Position numbers and translations under genes: made by a program. The notes below the pieces were generated by a model. It ran no database searches. It saw only the letters and a program-made list of their open reading frames with translations, and was not told where the DNA came from. A stretch of DNA of 64,000 nt, taken from contig JBGGMV010000028.1 of NCBI GenBank assembly GCA_041287865.1, positions 100,964 to 164,963 on the forward strand, in the 5' to 3' direction. Source of the stretch: Alphaproteobacteria bacterium. GTDB lineage: Bacteria > Pseudomonadota > Alphaproteobacteria > Micavibrionales > UBA2020. Positions 27,151 to 37,477 of this stretch are shown one piece after another (position 1 is the stretch's first letter; each line of letters begins with the position of its first letter).

Positions 27151-27857
27151 TAGTAATCGGGGCCCCAGGTGCGGCGGCGCAGTTCTTCCTGCGCGTCGTA
27201 ACGGCGTTTCAGCTCGATCTGGTTTTCAATCTCGCGCATGGTTTCCATCGTCGGCACCCAGAAGAGCGGCACGGTTTTTTCGATCTGGGCGTTCAGCGCC
27301 TGCCATGCCGGATCCTTGCGCACGACGGTGCCGGTATTGCCGTCCAGCCATGACTGGATATCGCGCGTATTGAAATCGCTGGCCACGCCCAGCAGCAGGT
27401 CATAGAGCCCGAAACTGTCGCCCGGCCTAATCGCCAGCTTTTTAAGCTCGGGGTTATGGGCTTCGAGCAGCGCGCGCACCTTGCCCATTTTTTCCAGCAT
27501 CGTTTCCTCGGTGATGTCGCCGCGCATCTCGGCGTGCCAGAGCACCTGCGTATAGGCCTGCAGGCTATGGGGGGTGAGACGCCTTGGCATCTTGTAATGG
27601 CCGCCGATGCCGGTAATGCCCAGTTTCTTTTCCACCTTCTTGGGCGGCTGGCTGAAATGGCGGAGCGGCAGGTAAAGCGGGATGGTGGAAATGCCGCTTT
27701 TGGTCTGCAGCACGTAATAGGTTTTGCCGTCGCCGCCGACCTTGCGCTCCTCCGCCAGCTTTTTGTACTGGCGGATCGTTGCGTACATTTCCCTAACAAC
27801 CGGGGAAACAGGCGATTCGGGCCCTTTCGGGCTATGGGGGCGGCTATCTGGGGACAT
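27147..27857 (-). CDS. Hypothetical protein inserted between hemC and hemD
   Basis: 236-aa ORF with host-like codon usage; TTGCCA-N17-TAAAGT promoter at 27863-27891 places the start site at the ATG. Confidence 0.7.
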   Translation of the reverse strand: MSPDSRPHSPKGPESPVSPVVREMYATIRQYKKLAEERKVGGDGKTYYVLQTKSGISTIPLYLPLRHFSQPPKKVEKKLGITGIGGHYKMPRRLTPHSLQAYTQVLWHAEMRGDITEETMLEKMGKVRALLEAHNPELKKLAIRPGDSFGLYDLLLGVASDFNTRDIQSWLDGNTGTVVRKDPAWQALNAQIEKTVPLFWVPTMETMREIENQIELKRRYDAQEELRRRTWGPDYY

Positions 27858-28004
27858 GGCCGACTTTACGAAACAAAATTGCTTATGGCAAGCCCTTTTA
27901 GGTCCCTGTACGTCTTAAAAGGCTCTGGAAAAGAAGGGTTAAATGAATGTTGACCCATATTTGCTATGCTCGTCATGATAGGCCTATAGAAGGGTGTACG
28001 CCTC

Positions 28005-30413
28005 ATGCGCTCCGTACTGGTCACGCGCCCGCAACCCGCGGGCGACGAGCTTGCCGACAAGCTCCGCCGCGAAGGGTTCAGCGTCTGGCTGGCCCCGATG
28101 ACGGAGTATGTCGAAATTCCGGCCGATGTGCCCGACTTCAACCGCTATCAGGCGATCATCTTCACCTCGGCGCAAGGCGTTACCCTCTTCGCGCAGAAAT
28201 TCCATGAGCGTCTCCCCATCATCTTCGCCGTCGGCGACGCCACCGCCCAAGCCGCCAGCAAGGCCGGTTTCAGCCGCGTCTATTCGGCGGCAGGCGACGG
28301 CAAGGATGTGGTGGATCTTATAAAGTCGAAGAAAGCCGATTTGCGGCTGGAAAGGTTGCTGCATATCTGCGGCGAGGATACGGCGCAGGATATGGGCGAG
28401 CAGCTCGCGGGCAGTGGCCTTGTTGTGACACGCGTGCCTATTTATAAAGCCAGGCTGATGGAAAAACTGCCCGCCGACGTGGGGCAGGCCTTGGCCGAAG
28501 GCGATATCACGACAGTGACTTTGTTCTCCGCCCGCACCGCCGCCAATTTTGCGCGGCTGATGCAAAACGACGAATTGCGGGGCGTGAGCCGCGATCTTGA
28601 AGCCGTCTGCCTGTCCGACCGCGTGGCGGCGGAGATCACGGGGCTCAGCTGGAAATCCGTCGTCGTCGCCAATACGCCGCAGATGGAGTCGGTGATCGAC
28701 CTGCTGCGCAAGAAAGACGACGGGCGCGCCGCCAATGCGCCGCTGCCGGCCGATCCGGTGATCGAGGCCTTCGGCGGGCTGCGCCCGCTGGCCAACCGGC
28801 TCGACATCACGGCCTCGACCGTGCAAGGGTGGAAGAAGCGCGGCGTCATTCCCGATACAAGGGTGGCGGCGGTCATCGCGGCCGCCCGCGAAGCCAATAT
28901 CGACCTCGACCATTTATGGGCAAAAGGAAACAACGACATGTCCGATGATGACAAGACCGACGACGGCAAATCATCGCAAGGCGGCGCGACGCCGCCCGCC
29001 GGCAGCAAGCCCAAAGACGCGCAATACCGCGAGCGCCGCCGCCTCGACGACCGCCGCCAGAAACGCGCTGTCATCGACCGTACCGGCACCGTGCGCGGCG
29101 AGGGCTATACCGGCCCCGACCGCCGCACCGGGCTCGACCGCCGTTCCTACGAGGAACGCCAGCAGGCCCGCATCCGGGGAGAGCAATGGCGGTTCTTCAA
29201 CCGCTCCCTCCTGATGGGCGCGGTGTTCACCGGCGCGATCCTTTATGCCGGCGCCTTCCTGATGGCCCCCGAATTCTTCCAGGCCAACAAGGAAGCCGAA
29301 AAGCTGCAGAAGATGGAAGCGCAGATGACCGATCTGCAGAAAAAATACCTCGAGATGCAGAAGAAGCAGGAAGAGGCGCAGAGCAGCTCGCTCGGCAATA
29401 TCCTGAGCCACCAGATCGGGGGGCTCGAGGATAAAGCCGCCGCCGTCAGCTCGACCGTCACCGTCATCAAGGACGTCGCCGCGGCCGCCGCGCAGAAAAC
29501 CGAAACGGGGCGCGCCGTCTCCGAGATTTTCAAGGTGCTGGGCAATATCAACCAGCTGAACAAGACGCCCGAGGGCCGCAAGACGGTGCAGAGTGCGATG
29601 AGCGTGCTGAAGATGATTTTGGGCGGCGCCTATAGCGGCGACACCGCCAGCCTGATCGAGGCCGCGCGCAAGCAGGACCCGGCGCTGGCGAAAGTGCTGG
29701 GCGATATCGACGCGAAGGACGTGGGCGCGGCCGCGATGCTGCTGGCGCTGAACGAATTCCGCAGCAACGTGCAGACGCACCAGACCTTTGACCAGGATCT
29801 TGCCGTGCTGCAAAAACTGGCCGGCAACGACAAGCAGCTGCAGATGGCGCTGCAACAGCTGGCCCCTTACGCGAAACAGGGCGTGCTGTCGCGCGAGGAA
29901 TTGCAGACACAGTTCCGCGACCTTGCCTCCGACATCGTGATGGCCAAGTTGAAAGGTCAGGACCTGTCGGTGAAGGAAGAAATGCTCCGCCGCCTGTCGA
30001 AACTTATCAAGGCCCGCCGCGTCGACGATATTCAGGGCAATACGGTCGATGCCGTCGTGGCACGCGCGCAGCTGATGCTGAACAAGGGCGACGTGCATGG
30101 CGCGATGCGCGAGCTGAACACGCTGGAAGGCCAGCCCGCCGCCGTGGCGGAGCCCTGGATGCAGCAGGCCGCCGGCAACGTGATCGTGGATGATACGATG
30201 ATCCGCATCACGCAGGCGATTTTGCAGCAGGTGCAGGAAAGCACCGGTTTCTCGCTCGACAGCCTGATACAGGGCCTGTCCCCTACCATGAAGGGCGGCG
30301 GGTATAACCCCGTGCCCGTGCTCTCGCCCGGATTGCAGGGCGGTGGCGGCGGGCCGCTGTTCGGCGGCGGCGCTGGCGGTGGTGGCGGCGGCGACATGGG
30401 CGGCGGGGAATAA
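28005..30413 (+). CDS. hemD: Uroporphyrinogen-III synthase fused to a small HTH-like domain and a mitofilin/Mic60 (COG4223-type) domain
   Basis: VLVTRPQ..FTSAQGV..AVGDATA..TLFSARTA (HemD); FGGLRPLANRLDITASTVQGWKKRG (Cro-like HTH); TM + coiled coil + DAVVARAQLMLNKGDVHGAMREL..W (mitofilin signature); hemC/hemY synteny. Confidence 0.85.
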   Translation: MRSVLVTRPQPAGDELADKLRREGFSVWLAPMTEYVEIPADVPDFNRYQAIIFTSAQGVTLFAQKFHERLPIIFAVGDATAQAASKAGFSRVYSAAGDGKDVVDLIKSKKADLRLERLLHICGEDTAQDMGEQLAGSGLVVTRVPIYKARLMEKLPADVGQALAEGDITTVTLFSARTAANFARLMQNDELRGVSRDLEAVCLSDRVAAEITGLSWKSVVVANTPQMESVIDLLRKKDDGRAANAPLPADPVIEAFGGLRPLANRLDITASTVQGWKKRGVIPDTRVAAVIAAAREANIDLDHLWAKGNNDMSDDDKTDDGKSSQGGATPPAGSKPKDAQYRERRRLDDRRQKRAVIDRTGTVRGEGYTGPDRRTGLDRRSYEERQQARIRGEQWRFFNRSLLMGAVFTGAILYAGAFLMAPEFFQANKEAEKLQKMEAQMTDLQKKYLEMQKKQEEAQSSSLGNILSHQIGGLEDKAAAVSSTVTVIKDVAAAAAQKTETGRAVSEIFKVLGNINQLNKTPEGRKTVQSAMSVLKMILGGAYSGDTASLIEAARKQDPALAKVLGDIDAKDVGAAAMLLALNEFRSNVQTHQTFDQDLAVLQKLAGNDKQLQMALQQLAPYAKQGVLSREELQTQFRDLASDIVMAKLKGQDLSVKEEMLRRLSKLIKARRVDDIQGNTVDAVVARAQLMLNKGDVHGAMRELNTLEGQPAAVAEPWMQQAAGNVIVDDTMIRITQAILQQVQESTGFSLDSLIQGLSPTMKGGGYNPVPVLSPGLQGGGGGPLFGGGAGGGGGGDMGGGE

Positions 30414-30418
30414 CGCCC

Positions 30419-31837
30419 ATGTTGAGAGCACTATGGTTTTTGCTGAAAGTATCGCTGCTGGCGGGCGCCCTGATCTGGCTCGCGCACCAGCCGGAAAACT
30501 GGGTGACGATCACCGCCGGCACGCCCGTGACCGAAAATCCGCCCAAATGGGGTTTCCCGCAGACGGGCGTTTACGAGATACAGGTGCAAAGCTCGTTCCT
30601 GATCTTCCTGCTGGTCTTCACGCTGTTTATCGCCACCCGGCTTGACCGCATCTGGCGCGCCTTTGTTTCCGTGCCGAAAGTCCTGCGCCGTTACCGCGCG
30701 CTGCAGCGCCGCGAAAAGGGATACCTTGCCGTCACGCAAGGACTGGTGGCAATCGCAGCGGGCGACCCGCAGGGCGCTGACCGCTGCGCAAGACGCGCCG
30801 AAGGCCTTGTGCCCGGCACGCCGCTGACACGGCTGCTGACCGCGCAAAACGCGCTTTTGAACGGGAATGCCCCGAAAGCGAGACGCGAATTCGCGGCGCT
30901 GCTGGAGGACGACAGCGCGGCCTTCTTCGGCGTGCGCGGGTTGTTGTCGGAGGCCGTTGCCGCCGGCGATTACCCCGCCGCACTGGATTTGATCCGCCGC
31001 GCCGACAGGCTGCAGCCGCAGCGCGTCTGGGTCGTGCGCAATTTGTTCGAGCTTGAGGCGCGCAACCGCGAATACCTCAAGGCCGAAAAAACCCTGAAGC
31101 GCGCCGAAAAACTGGGCATCTATCCGAAAGAAAAAGCTGCTTCGCTGCGTCAGGCGCTCTGGACCGCGATGGCGATCGATGCGAAAGCCGCCGCCAATAC
31201 ACCCGCTGAAATGACCGCCGCGCTGCGCATGGCAGAGAACGCCTTCAAGATCGACAATGCCTTCACGCCCGCCGCCGTGACGCTGGCGAAGCTGCAGGGC
31301 GAGGTCGGCAAGCGCGGCGCGGCGCTGAAAACGATATTGAAGGCATGGAACGCCAATCCGCATCCGGAGCTTGCAACGCTCTGGGCATCACATGCGCCCG
31401 CGCCGAAAAAAGGCACCTCGGTCTATGATATCGGCCGCAATAATTACCAGTGGATGCTTCACCTGCAGCAAAACAGGCCCGAGCACCGCGACGGGCTGCG
31501 CGCGCTGGGCCATGCCGCGCTTGAGGCGAAACTGTGGAAAGAAGCCCGCGACCCGCTGCTGCAGGCGCAGGATTACCGCGCGCTGGCGCGCCTCGAGCGC
31601 GAAGAAAAAGGCGACGACGGCAAAGCGCGCAGCTGGCTGGAGCTGGCGGCCGACGCGCCCGCCGAGCCCAAATGGGTTTGCGCCCCTTGCGGCCATGCCG
31701 GCAGCCAGTGGGCGGCGATATGCCCCCATTGCGGGCAGTTCGGCGCATCGGGCTGGATGATCCCGCAAGTGGAAATGCACGAGCCGCTGAAACGCGCGGT
31801 CGGCTATGACGCGGGAATCTTGAGCCCGCCTGCTTAA
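30419..31837 (+). CDS. hemY: HemY N-terminal domain/TPR membrane protein
   Basis: Two N-terminal TMs; LTQGLVAIAAGD..A; TPR-like repeats; C-terminal CxxC..CxxC; position after mic60. Confidence 0.85.
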   Translation: MLRALWFLLKVSLLAGALIWLAHQPENWVTITAGTPVTENPPKWGFPQTGVYEIQVQSSFLIFLLVFTLFIATRLDRIWRAFVSVPKVLRRYRALQRREKGYLAVTQGLVAIAAGDPQGADRCARRAEGLVPGTPLTRLLTAQNALLNGNAPKARREFAALLEDDSAAFFGVRGLLSEAVAAGDYPAALDLIRRADRLQPQRVWVVRNLFELEARNREYLKAEKTLKRAEKLGIYPKEKAASLRQALWTAMAIDAKAAANTPAEMTAALRMAENAFKIDNAFTPAAVTLAKLQGEVGKRGAALKTILKAWNANPHPELATLWASHAPAPKKGTSVYDIGRNNYQWMLHLQQNRPEHRDGLRALGHAALEAKLWKEARDPLLQAQDYRALARLEREEKGDDGKARSWLELAADAPAEPKWVCAPCGHAGSQWAAICPHCGQFGASGWMIPQVEMHEPLKRAVGYDAGILSPPA

Positions 31838-32382
31838 ATTTTCGGCTGTGTTGATTTTCGCTTCAGCGCTTCCTGCTGGTAAGCGGGCTTCGTAACCTTG
31901 GCGTTGAAATCGGCCAGCGCGTCATTGAGCGTGCGCGGCAGGTGCCGTGCGATATCGCCGCTGTACTTCCAGTAAAGCTGGTCGCGCTTGCGGTAACCCA
32001 GATAATCGCCGAAGCTTTTGTCGAGCGTGACGCCTTCGGGCGATTTGCGGTTGAAGGCGAATGAGTTGAATGCCGCGACTTTTTCAAGATCGGCCTCAAG
32101 CCCCTTCTGGCAGTAATGGCGATAGATGTAATTGCCGGGAAGATTGTTCGGGCGCGGCACAGTCACGTCGATGGCACTAAGGCGCCCTTCGGCCACGGCC
32201 TCATCAAGGCGCTGCTCCAGCGCGCGCGCTTTTACAAACGGCGGATGATTTGCATCGGCCCAGGGCGGCACGATATCGATCCAGCCGAGACGCTTGGTGC
32301 CGTTCAGCAGCAATTCCGCCTCGATGCCGGCATGCGGCCCGATCACAGGAAGTTGCGCCCATATTTTTGTAAGAAAACCCAT
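31834..32382 (-). CDS. Hypothetical protein (182 aa)
   Basis: Clean ORF; TTGCCA-N17-TAAGCT promoter at 32389-32417 (leaderless geometry); basic tail LKRKSTQPKI. Confidence 0.7.
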   Translation of the reverse strand: MGFLTKIWAQLPVIGPHAGIEAELLLNGTKRLGWIDIVPPWADANHPPFVKARALEQRLDEAVAEGRLSAIDVTVPRPNNLPGNYIYRHYCQKGLEADLEKVAAFNSFAFNRKSPEGVTLDKSFGDYLGYRKRDQLYWKYSGDIARHLPRTLNDALADFNAKVTKPAYQQEALKRKSTQPKI

Positions 32383-32438
32383 GCATTTAGCTTACCACAC
32401 GGCTTGATTTATGGCAAATGAACGGGTGTTTTCCGCGC

Positions 32439-32618
32439 TTATCCGGCGGTTTGCGCCTTGGCCTTCGGAATCGTGATGCGCGTAAAACCGCGTTCGGTCG
32501 TGACACGATAATATTCGTGATAGTGCGGCTCGCACATATCGCGCATCTGTTCTTGAATCTGTTCCAGTCTTTGCAATGCGGTCGAATTGGCCGCGAACGG
32601 CTTGTAAACTTCTCTCAT
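32439..32618 (-). CDS. Small hypothetical protein (59 aa)
   Basis: AGGGG RBS 6 nt before ATG; fills the intergenic gap. Confidence 0.45.
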   Translation of the reverse strand: MREVYKPFAANSTALQRLEQIQEQMRDMCEPHYHEYYRVTTERGFTRITIPKAKAQTAG

Positions 32619-32792
32619 AAACATCCCCTATTGATAGTCTTTTTTAAAACCCGAGGCGCAATGTAGAGGGATGCAGAGTCCGGCTCAAGAGTCTTTGCGG
32701 GTTTTTTTATTGCGAAGTTGCGCAGCTTTAGAATCACGCCACAAGAGTTTGTGCGGATGCAGCGCAGCAAGGCACTAGTTGATTCGTAAAAC

Positions 32793-33575
32793 TTATATTT
32801 TGAGTTTCATGATCGGCTTGTAGAGCAGCAAGCCCGCGATAAAACCGCCGATATGCGTCGTCCAGGCGATCTCGCCTTCCGCGCCGCTCATGCCGAAGAC
32901 GCCGAAGAACACCGCCATGCCGATCCAGATGGCGATAAAGGGCCAGGGGGAAATGCGCATGCCCTGCAACTGGCTGCTTTTATCCGTCATCATCAGGATG
33001 CAGACGCCGATCACGCCGCTGATGCCGCCCGACGCGCCGATCAGCGGCGTGGCGGCTGTCGCATAAATGGCGAAATGCGCCAGCGCGCCAGCAATGCCCG
33101 TCACCAGCAGCACGATCATCAATTTCTTCCCGCCGAAGTCGCGTTCAAATCCTGAACCGAAAGCCGCCAGCATCGCCACGTTCATGCCAAGGTGCAGCCA
33201 GCCGCCATGCAGCAGCATATGCGTGACAGGCGATATGATCGCCTGCCAGCCGAATTCCATCCCGCCGGTATAGCGCGCGGGGATAAAAGCGCCGCTCAGG
33301 AAAATAAGGTCGCGCATCTCGGGCATGAAATGATCGAGCGCCGTCATCACCAGCTGGATCAGGATCAGCACAAGGCAGGTGATTTTGCTGACCGGCGGCA
33401 GGTTGAAAACCGGCTCATGCTTCGTCTTGCGCGCGCGTTCGGCGGCGTCATTGGCGGCGCGGATCTTCTCCATCTCGCGGCGCTCGGCCTCGGTGGGGAA
33501 GCGGGTGACGTTGGAAGGTTCTTCTTCCTTGTCGTGGCCGTTACCAGACCCGTTAAGCCCGTTGCTATTTCCCAT
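32793..33575 (-). CDS. Rhomboid family intramembrane serine protease
   Basis: HMLLHGGWLHLGMN, GASGG (catalytic Ser), HIGGF (catalytic His). Confidence 0.93.
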   Translation of the reverse strand: MGNSNGLNGSGNGHDKEEEPSNVTRFPTEAERREMEKIRAANDAAERARKTKHEPVFNLPPVSKITCLVLILIQLVMTALDHFMPEMRDLIFLSGAFIPARYTGGMEFGWQAIISPVTHMLLHGGWLHLGMNVAMLAAFGSGFERDFGGKKLMIVLLVTGIAGALAHFAIYATAATPLIGASGGISGVIGVCILMMTDKSSQLQGMRISPWPFIAIWIGMAVFFGVFGMSGAEGEIAWTTHIGGFIAGLLLYKPIMKLKI

Positions 33576-33697
33576 ATTATAAATATTCCGGTTTGCTGCA
33601 CCGCAACCCCATGGGGTTGCCATTTTAAGGCTCAGGCGAGTATGCTCTGGCCACAATTCGAATGCAAACGAGTCGACATTTCCAAGGATATGAAAAA

Positions 33698-35059
33698 ATG
33701 ACCAAAGCCCTGAAAACCGCCTCAGCCGCCGGCGCCAAGCCCAACGATCTGGACGCGCACTTTATGCCCTATACGCCGCAGCGCCTGTTCAAGCAGAAGC
33801 CGCGCATGCTGACCGGCGCCAAGGGCATGTATTTCTTCTCCGACGACGGCCGCAAGCTGATCGACGCTTCGGCGGGTTTGTGGTGCGTGAACGCGGGCCA
33901 CGGGCATCCGAAAATCGTGGAAGCCATCCAGAAGCAGGCGGCGGAACTTGATTACGCGCCCAGCTTCGCCTTCGGCCATCCGCTGGTGTTCCAGGCGGCA
34001 TCGCGCCTTGTGGCGGAAATGCCGGGCGATATCGAGCATTGCTTCTTCAGCAACTCGGGTTCTGAATCTGTCGACACCGCCGTGAAGCTGGCGATCGCCT
34101 ACTGGCGCATGCGCGGCAAGGCGGCGAAAACGAAAATCATTGCCCGCGAACGCGCTTATCACGGCGTGAACATCTGCGGCACGACGCTGGGCGGCATTCC
34201 CGGCAACCGGAAAATTTTCGGCTCGACCATGATGCACAACGTCGACTGGATCAAGCACACGCATAACCTCGAGAAGAACGCGTTTTCGAAAGGCCAGCCG
34301 GCCTGGGGCGCGGAACTGGCCAACGACCTCGAAAGCGTGGTCGAGCTGCATGGCGCGGAAAACGTCGCGGCCGTGATCGTGGAGCCCGTTGCGGGCTCGA
34401 CCGGCGTGCTGGTTCCTCCCAAAGGATATCTGGAGAAACTGCGCGCGATCTGCGACAAGCACGATATTTTGCTGATCTTCGACGAAGTCATCACCGGCTG
34501 GGGCCGCCTCGGCAAGGCGACTGCCGCGGAATTCTTCAACGTGCTGCCCGACATCCTGACCTCGGCCAAGGGCATCAACTCCGGCACCGTGCCGATGGGC
34601 GCGACCTTCTGCCGCAAGGGCATCTATGACGCCTTTATGCAGGGCGGCGAATACGGCCCCGAATTCGTGCACGGTTATACCTATTCCGGCCATCCTCTGG
34701 CTTGCGCCGCTGCGCTTGCGACTCAAGAGGTCTACAAGGAAGAAGGCCTGTTCGAAAACGCCACCAAGATGTCGAAGAAATGGGAAGACGCGCTGCACAG
34801 CCTTAAAGGCGCGCCGCACGTTATCGACATCCGCAACATCGGCCTGATGGGCGGCATTGAACTCGACCCCGGCACGCGCAACTTCCCCACCGAACCCAGC
34901 CGCGCGTTTGAAACCTTTGACAAGATGTATTGGGAACATGATGTCGTCTGCCGCTTCACCGGCAACACCATCGCCATGAGCCCGCCGCTGATCGTGACCG
35001 AAAGCCATATCGACGAAATCGTCACGAAACTGCGCAAGACGCTGGAAAGCGTGAAATGA
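33698..35059 (+). CDS. Class III aminotransferase (omega-amino acid:pyruvate type)
   Basis: GLWCVNAGHG, NSGSESVDTAVK, LIFDEVITGWGR, SAKG PLP lysine, HGYTYSGHP. Confidence 0.93.
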   Translation: MTKALKTASAAGAKPNDLDAHFMPYTPQRLFKQKPRMLTGAKGMYFFSDDGRKLIDASAGLWCVNAGHGHPKIVEAIQKQAAELDYAPSFAFGHPLVFQAASRLVAEMPGDIEHCFFSNSGSESVDTAVKLAIAYWRMRGKAAKTKIIARERAYHGVNICGTTLGGIPGNRKIFGSTMMHNVDWIKHTHNLEKNAFSKGQPAWGAELANDLESVVELHGAENVAAVIVEPVAGSTGVLVPPKGYLEKLRAICDKHDILLIFDEVITGWGRLGKATAAEFFNVLPDILTSAKGINSGTVPMGATFCRKGIYDAFMQGGEYGPEFVHGYTYSGHPLACAAALATQEVYKEEGLFENATKMSKKWEDALHSLKGAPHVIDIRNIGLMGGIELDPGTRNFPTEPSRAFETFDKMYWEHDVVCRFTGNTIAMSPPLIVTESHIDEIVTKLRKTLESVK

Positions 35060-35062
35060 GAC

Positions 35063-35093
35063 AAAGAGGGGTAGGAAACTACCCCTCTTTTTT
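35063..35093. terminator. Bidirectional rho-independent terminator
   Basis: AAAGAGGGGTAG-GAAA-CTACCCCTCTTT plus T tract, between convergent genes. Confidence 0.85.
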
Positions 35094-36485
35094 TGCCTCA
35101 AGCCACGGCGTGAAGCCGATCGCCTCTTCCACCGCCGCGCCCGCGCGCAAGAGGAAGGGATCGCGTAAGTATCCAGCCATCAGTTGCAGGCCTGCGGGTA
35201 AACCATCCTTGGTCATGCCCATGGGAATGGACAGCGCAGGCAGGCGCGCCAGATTTGCGGGCAGCGTAAAGGGCGTCCAATTGTCCCAGGGCTGGCCCTT
35301 GGCATCGTTCGGCATATTGATGCCGGCATCAAACGCCACCATGGCCGTGGTGGGCGTCACCAGAATGTCGTAGCTGGAGAGCATTTCTTTAAAGTAAGCG
35401 CCGATATCCATGCGCGCGCGTTCGGCCCAGAGATAATCTTTCATCAGCAGGCCCTGACCGCGCTTGCCCCAGTGGACGAAGCGCGGGTCCATCAGCTTGC
35501 GCGATTTTTCGGGGTATTCGCTGAGCGTATGCGCGGCAATGGCCATCCAGTGCGTGTTGAATACTTCGACGCCGCCGTGCGGAAGGTCGAGCTTCACTTC
35601 CTCCGCCGTGCCGAGTTTTTTCAGGATGGGCACGATGCTTTTGAAAATCTCTTTTACTTCGCTTGACGCCGAAATGCCGTCGATCGAGGTCGCATAGGCG
35701 ATGCGCAGCTTCGGCAGCGGTTTCGCTAGCGCGGCAACAAAGCCCTGCGGCGGCAGCGGCAGGGAGAACCAGTCGCGCGGGTCACTGCCCGACACCACAT
35801 CCATCATCAGCGCGGCATCGGCCACGCTGCGCACCACCGGCCCCGCCGACCAGAGCGTCGAGAATAATCCCGGCGGCAGCGCGGGGATCAGGCCGGGTGA
35901 AGGTTTAAAACCCACCACGCCCGAAAAACTGGCGGGGATGCGCACAGATCCGCCCGCATCGGAGCCAAGGTTCAGCCAGGCCATGCCCGTCGCCGCGGCA
36001 ACGGCAGCGCCGCCCGACGATCCGCCCGGCGTTTTTTTTACGTTCCACGGATTGCGCGTGATGCCCAGCAGCGGGCTGTCCGTCACGCCCTTGACGCCGA
36101 ATTCGGGCATCGTCGTCTTGCCCAAAATGATCGCGCCCTGATCGCGCAAGTAAGTTACCGCCGGCGCGTCGTCACGCTGCGGCAGCGCGGCCATGGTTTT
36201 CGAGCCCTGCCGCGTCGGCCAGCCCTTAACATTGAAACTGTCTTTTACGGTGACAGGAACGCCGTCCAGCAACCCCTTCTGCGCGCCCTTTTGCCAGCGG
36301 CGTTCGGACATTTTCGCCTGATGCAGCGCCGCCTGCCCGTCGAGGTAGGAAAAGGCGTTCAGCACGGGGTTGTATTTCAGGATTTGCTTGAGGCAGGACT
36401 CAACCGCCTCGACCGGTGAAAGCTTTTTCTTTTCATAGAGTTTCAGCAATTCCGGCGCTGACAGGGGGAGCGGGGAGGAAGGCAT
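35079..36485 (-). CDS. Amidase signature family protein
   Basis: VKD Lys, PGGSSGG, GSDAGGSVRIPAS. Confidence 0.93.
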   Translation of the reverse strand: MPSSPLPLSAPELLKLYEKKKLSPVEAVESCLKQILKYNPVLNAFSYLDGQAALHQAKMSERRWQKGAQKGLLDGVPVTVKDSFNVKGWPTRQGSKTMAALPQRDDAPAVTYLRDQGAIILGKTTMPEFGVKGVTDSPLLGITRNPWNVKKTPGGSSGGAAVAAATGMAWLNLGSDAGGSVRIPASFSGVVGFKPSPGLIPALPPGLFSTLWSAGPVVRSVADAALMMDVVSGSDPRDWFSLPLPPQGFVAALAKPLPKLRIAYATSIDGISASSEVKEIFKSIVPILKKLGTAEEVKLDLPHGGVEVFNTHWMAIAAHTLSEYPEKSRKLMDPRFVHWGKRGQGLLMKDYLWAERARMDIGAYFKEMLSSYDILVTPTTAMVAFDAGINMPNDAKGQPWDNWTPFTLPANLARLPALSIPMGMTKDGLPAGLQLMAGYLRDPFLLRAGAAVEEAIGFTPWLEAKKEG

Positions 36486-36611
36486 TATCTCTAATTCTTT
36501 CAATTGGTTATGTTTATACAGGCGTGCTTGCCGCAGGTTTTTACGGCGTTATATGATATAATAGCAAGAGGGAGCTTAGCTGGATACCGCTGTTTAATGG
36601 GAGCTGATGCC

Positions 36612-37457
36612 GTGAAGAATTTCCGTTTTGCCATGACCGTTGTCGCCGGGCTTGCACTCTGTGGGCCCGCTATTTTCGTACCGGGCGCTGACGCGCTGGC
36701 ACAGGGCTATAAACTGGCCGAGCCGCAGAGCGACGGCTATGGCACCATCATGCCGCCGTCGAAAAAGAAAAACAGCGCTGACGAGCCGCAGGGCTATCGC
36801 GGCGTGATCCCCGGCAAGATCGGCGACGAGCCGCAGACGGGCGACCCTGCAACCGACCCCGTGAGCGACGAGCCCGACGAAGAGGTCGAGGATGCCGTGA
36901 AAAAACCCGTGGGCAAGCAGCCCGCCGCCACGCAGCAGCAGCAAAAACCGCGCGTCAGCACGCCGCGCGCGCGCGAACGCATCACCTACCAGCCCGGCAA
37001 GGGCCCGCGCACGCCGATGCTGTCGGCCGACCAGATGGCGCTGATCGCCAAGCTGACCGGCATGAAATTCGACCTGAAACAGCTGCCCGAAAACATGCGG
37101 GAAAGCATCAAGATCAACCCGAAGGTCTATAGCCTTGTGTCGTCGCCCGCGACCCGCATCGACGGGATGCTGCCCACCGAATACGGCGCGAAGCGCATGA
37201 TCGACGTCAACCGCTACATGATCGAGCAGTCCAATTTCACGCCCGAGCGCAAAAAAGAGGCGCTGATCGACCTGATGATCCGCCTGCGCCAGCATGCCGA
37301 CGCGCTGCGCCTGCGCCAGAACGTGCCGATCGAGCTTTACGCCCAGATGGGCGTGCCTGCGATCTATGTGCAGGAAGAAAAGGAAGGCGTGAACAAGGGC
37401 ATCCAGCGCCTTGATGCCGCCATCAAGCAGATTTACGAAGAGCAGAAACAGCTCTGA
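36612..37457 (+). CDS. Secreted hypothetical protein
   Basis: GGAG RBS before GTG; signal peptide ending ADALA; Pro/acidic linker then helical C-terminal domain. Confidence 0.7.
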   Translation: MKNFRFAMTVVAGLALCGPAIFVPGADALAQGYKLAEPQSDGYGTIMPPSKKKNSADEPQGYRGVIPGKIGDEPQTGDPATDPVSDEPDEEVEDAVKKPVGKQPAATQQQQKPRVSTPRARERITYQPGKGPRTPMLSADQMALIAKLTGMKFDLKQLPENMRESIKINPKVYSLVSSPATRIDGMLPTEYGAKRMIDVNRYMIEQSNFTPERKKEALIDLMIRLRQHADALRLRQNVPIELYAQMGVPAIYVQEEKEGVNKGIQRLDAAIKQIYEEQKQL

Positions 37458-37477
37458 CACCCCCGGGAGGGCCGTCG

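Noticed and set aside
32641-32792. Possible small RNA (AAAACCCG...CGGGTTTT arms and two CAAGAGT..TGCGG repeats)
   Set aside because: Weak pairing with a long loop, no match to an RNA family I know; more simply a terminator plus promoter region.
33698-36485. Aminotransferase plus amidase as a dedicated catabolic pathway
   Set aside because: The genes are convergent with a terminator between them, and substrate specificity cannot be read from the sequence.
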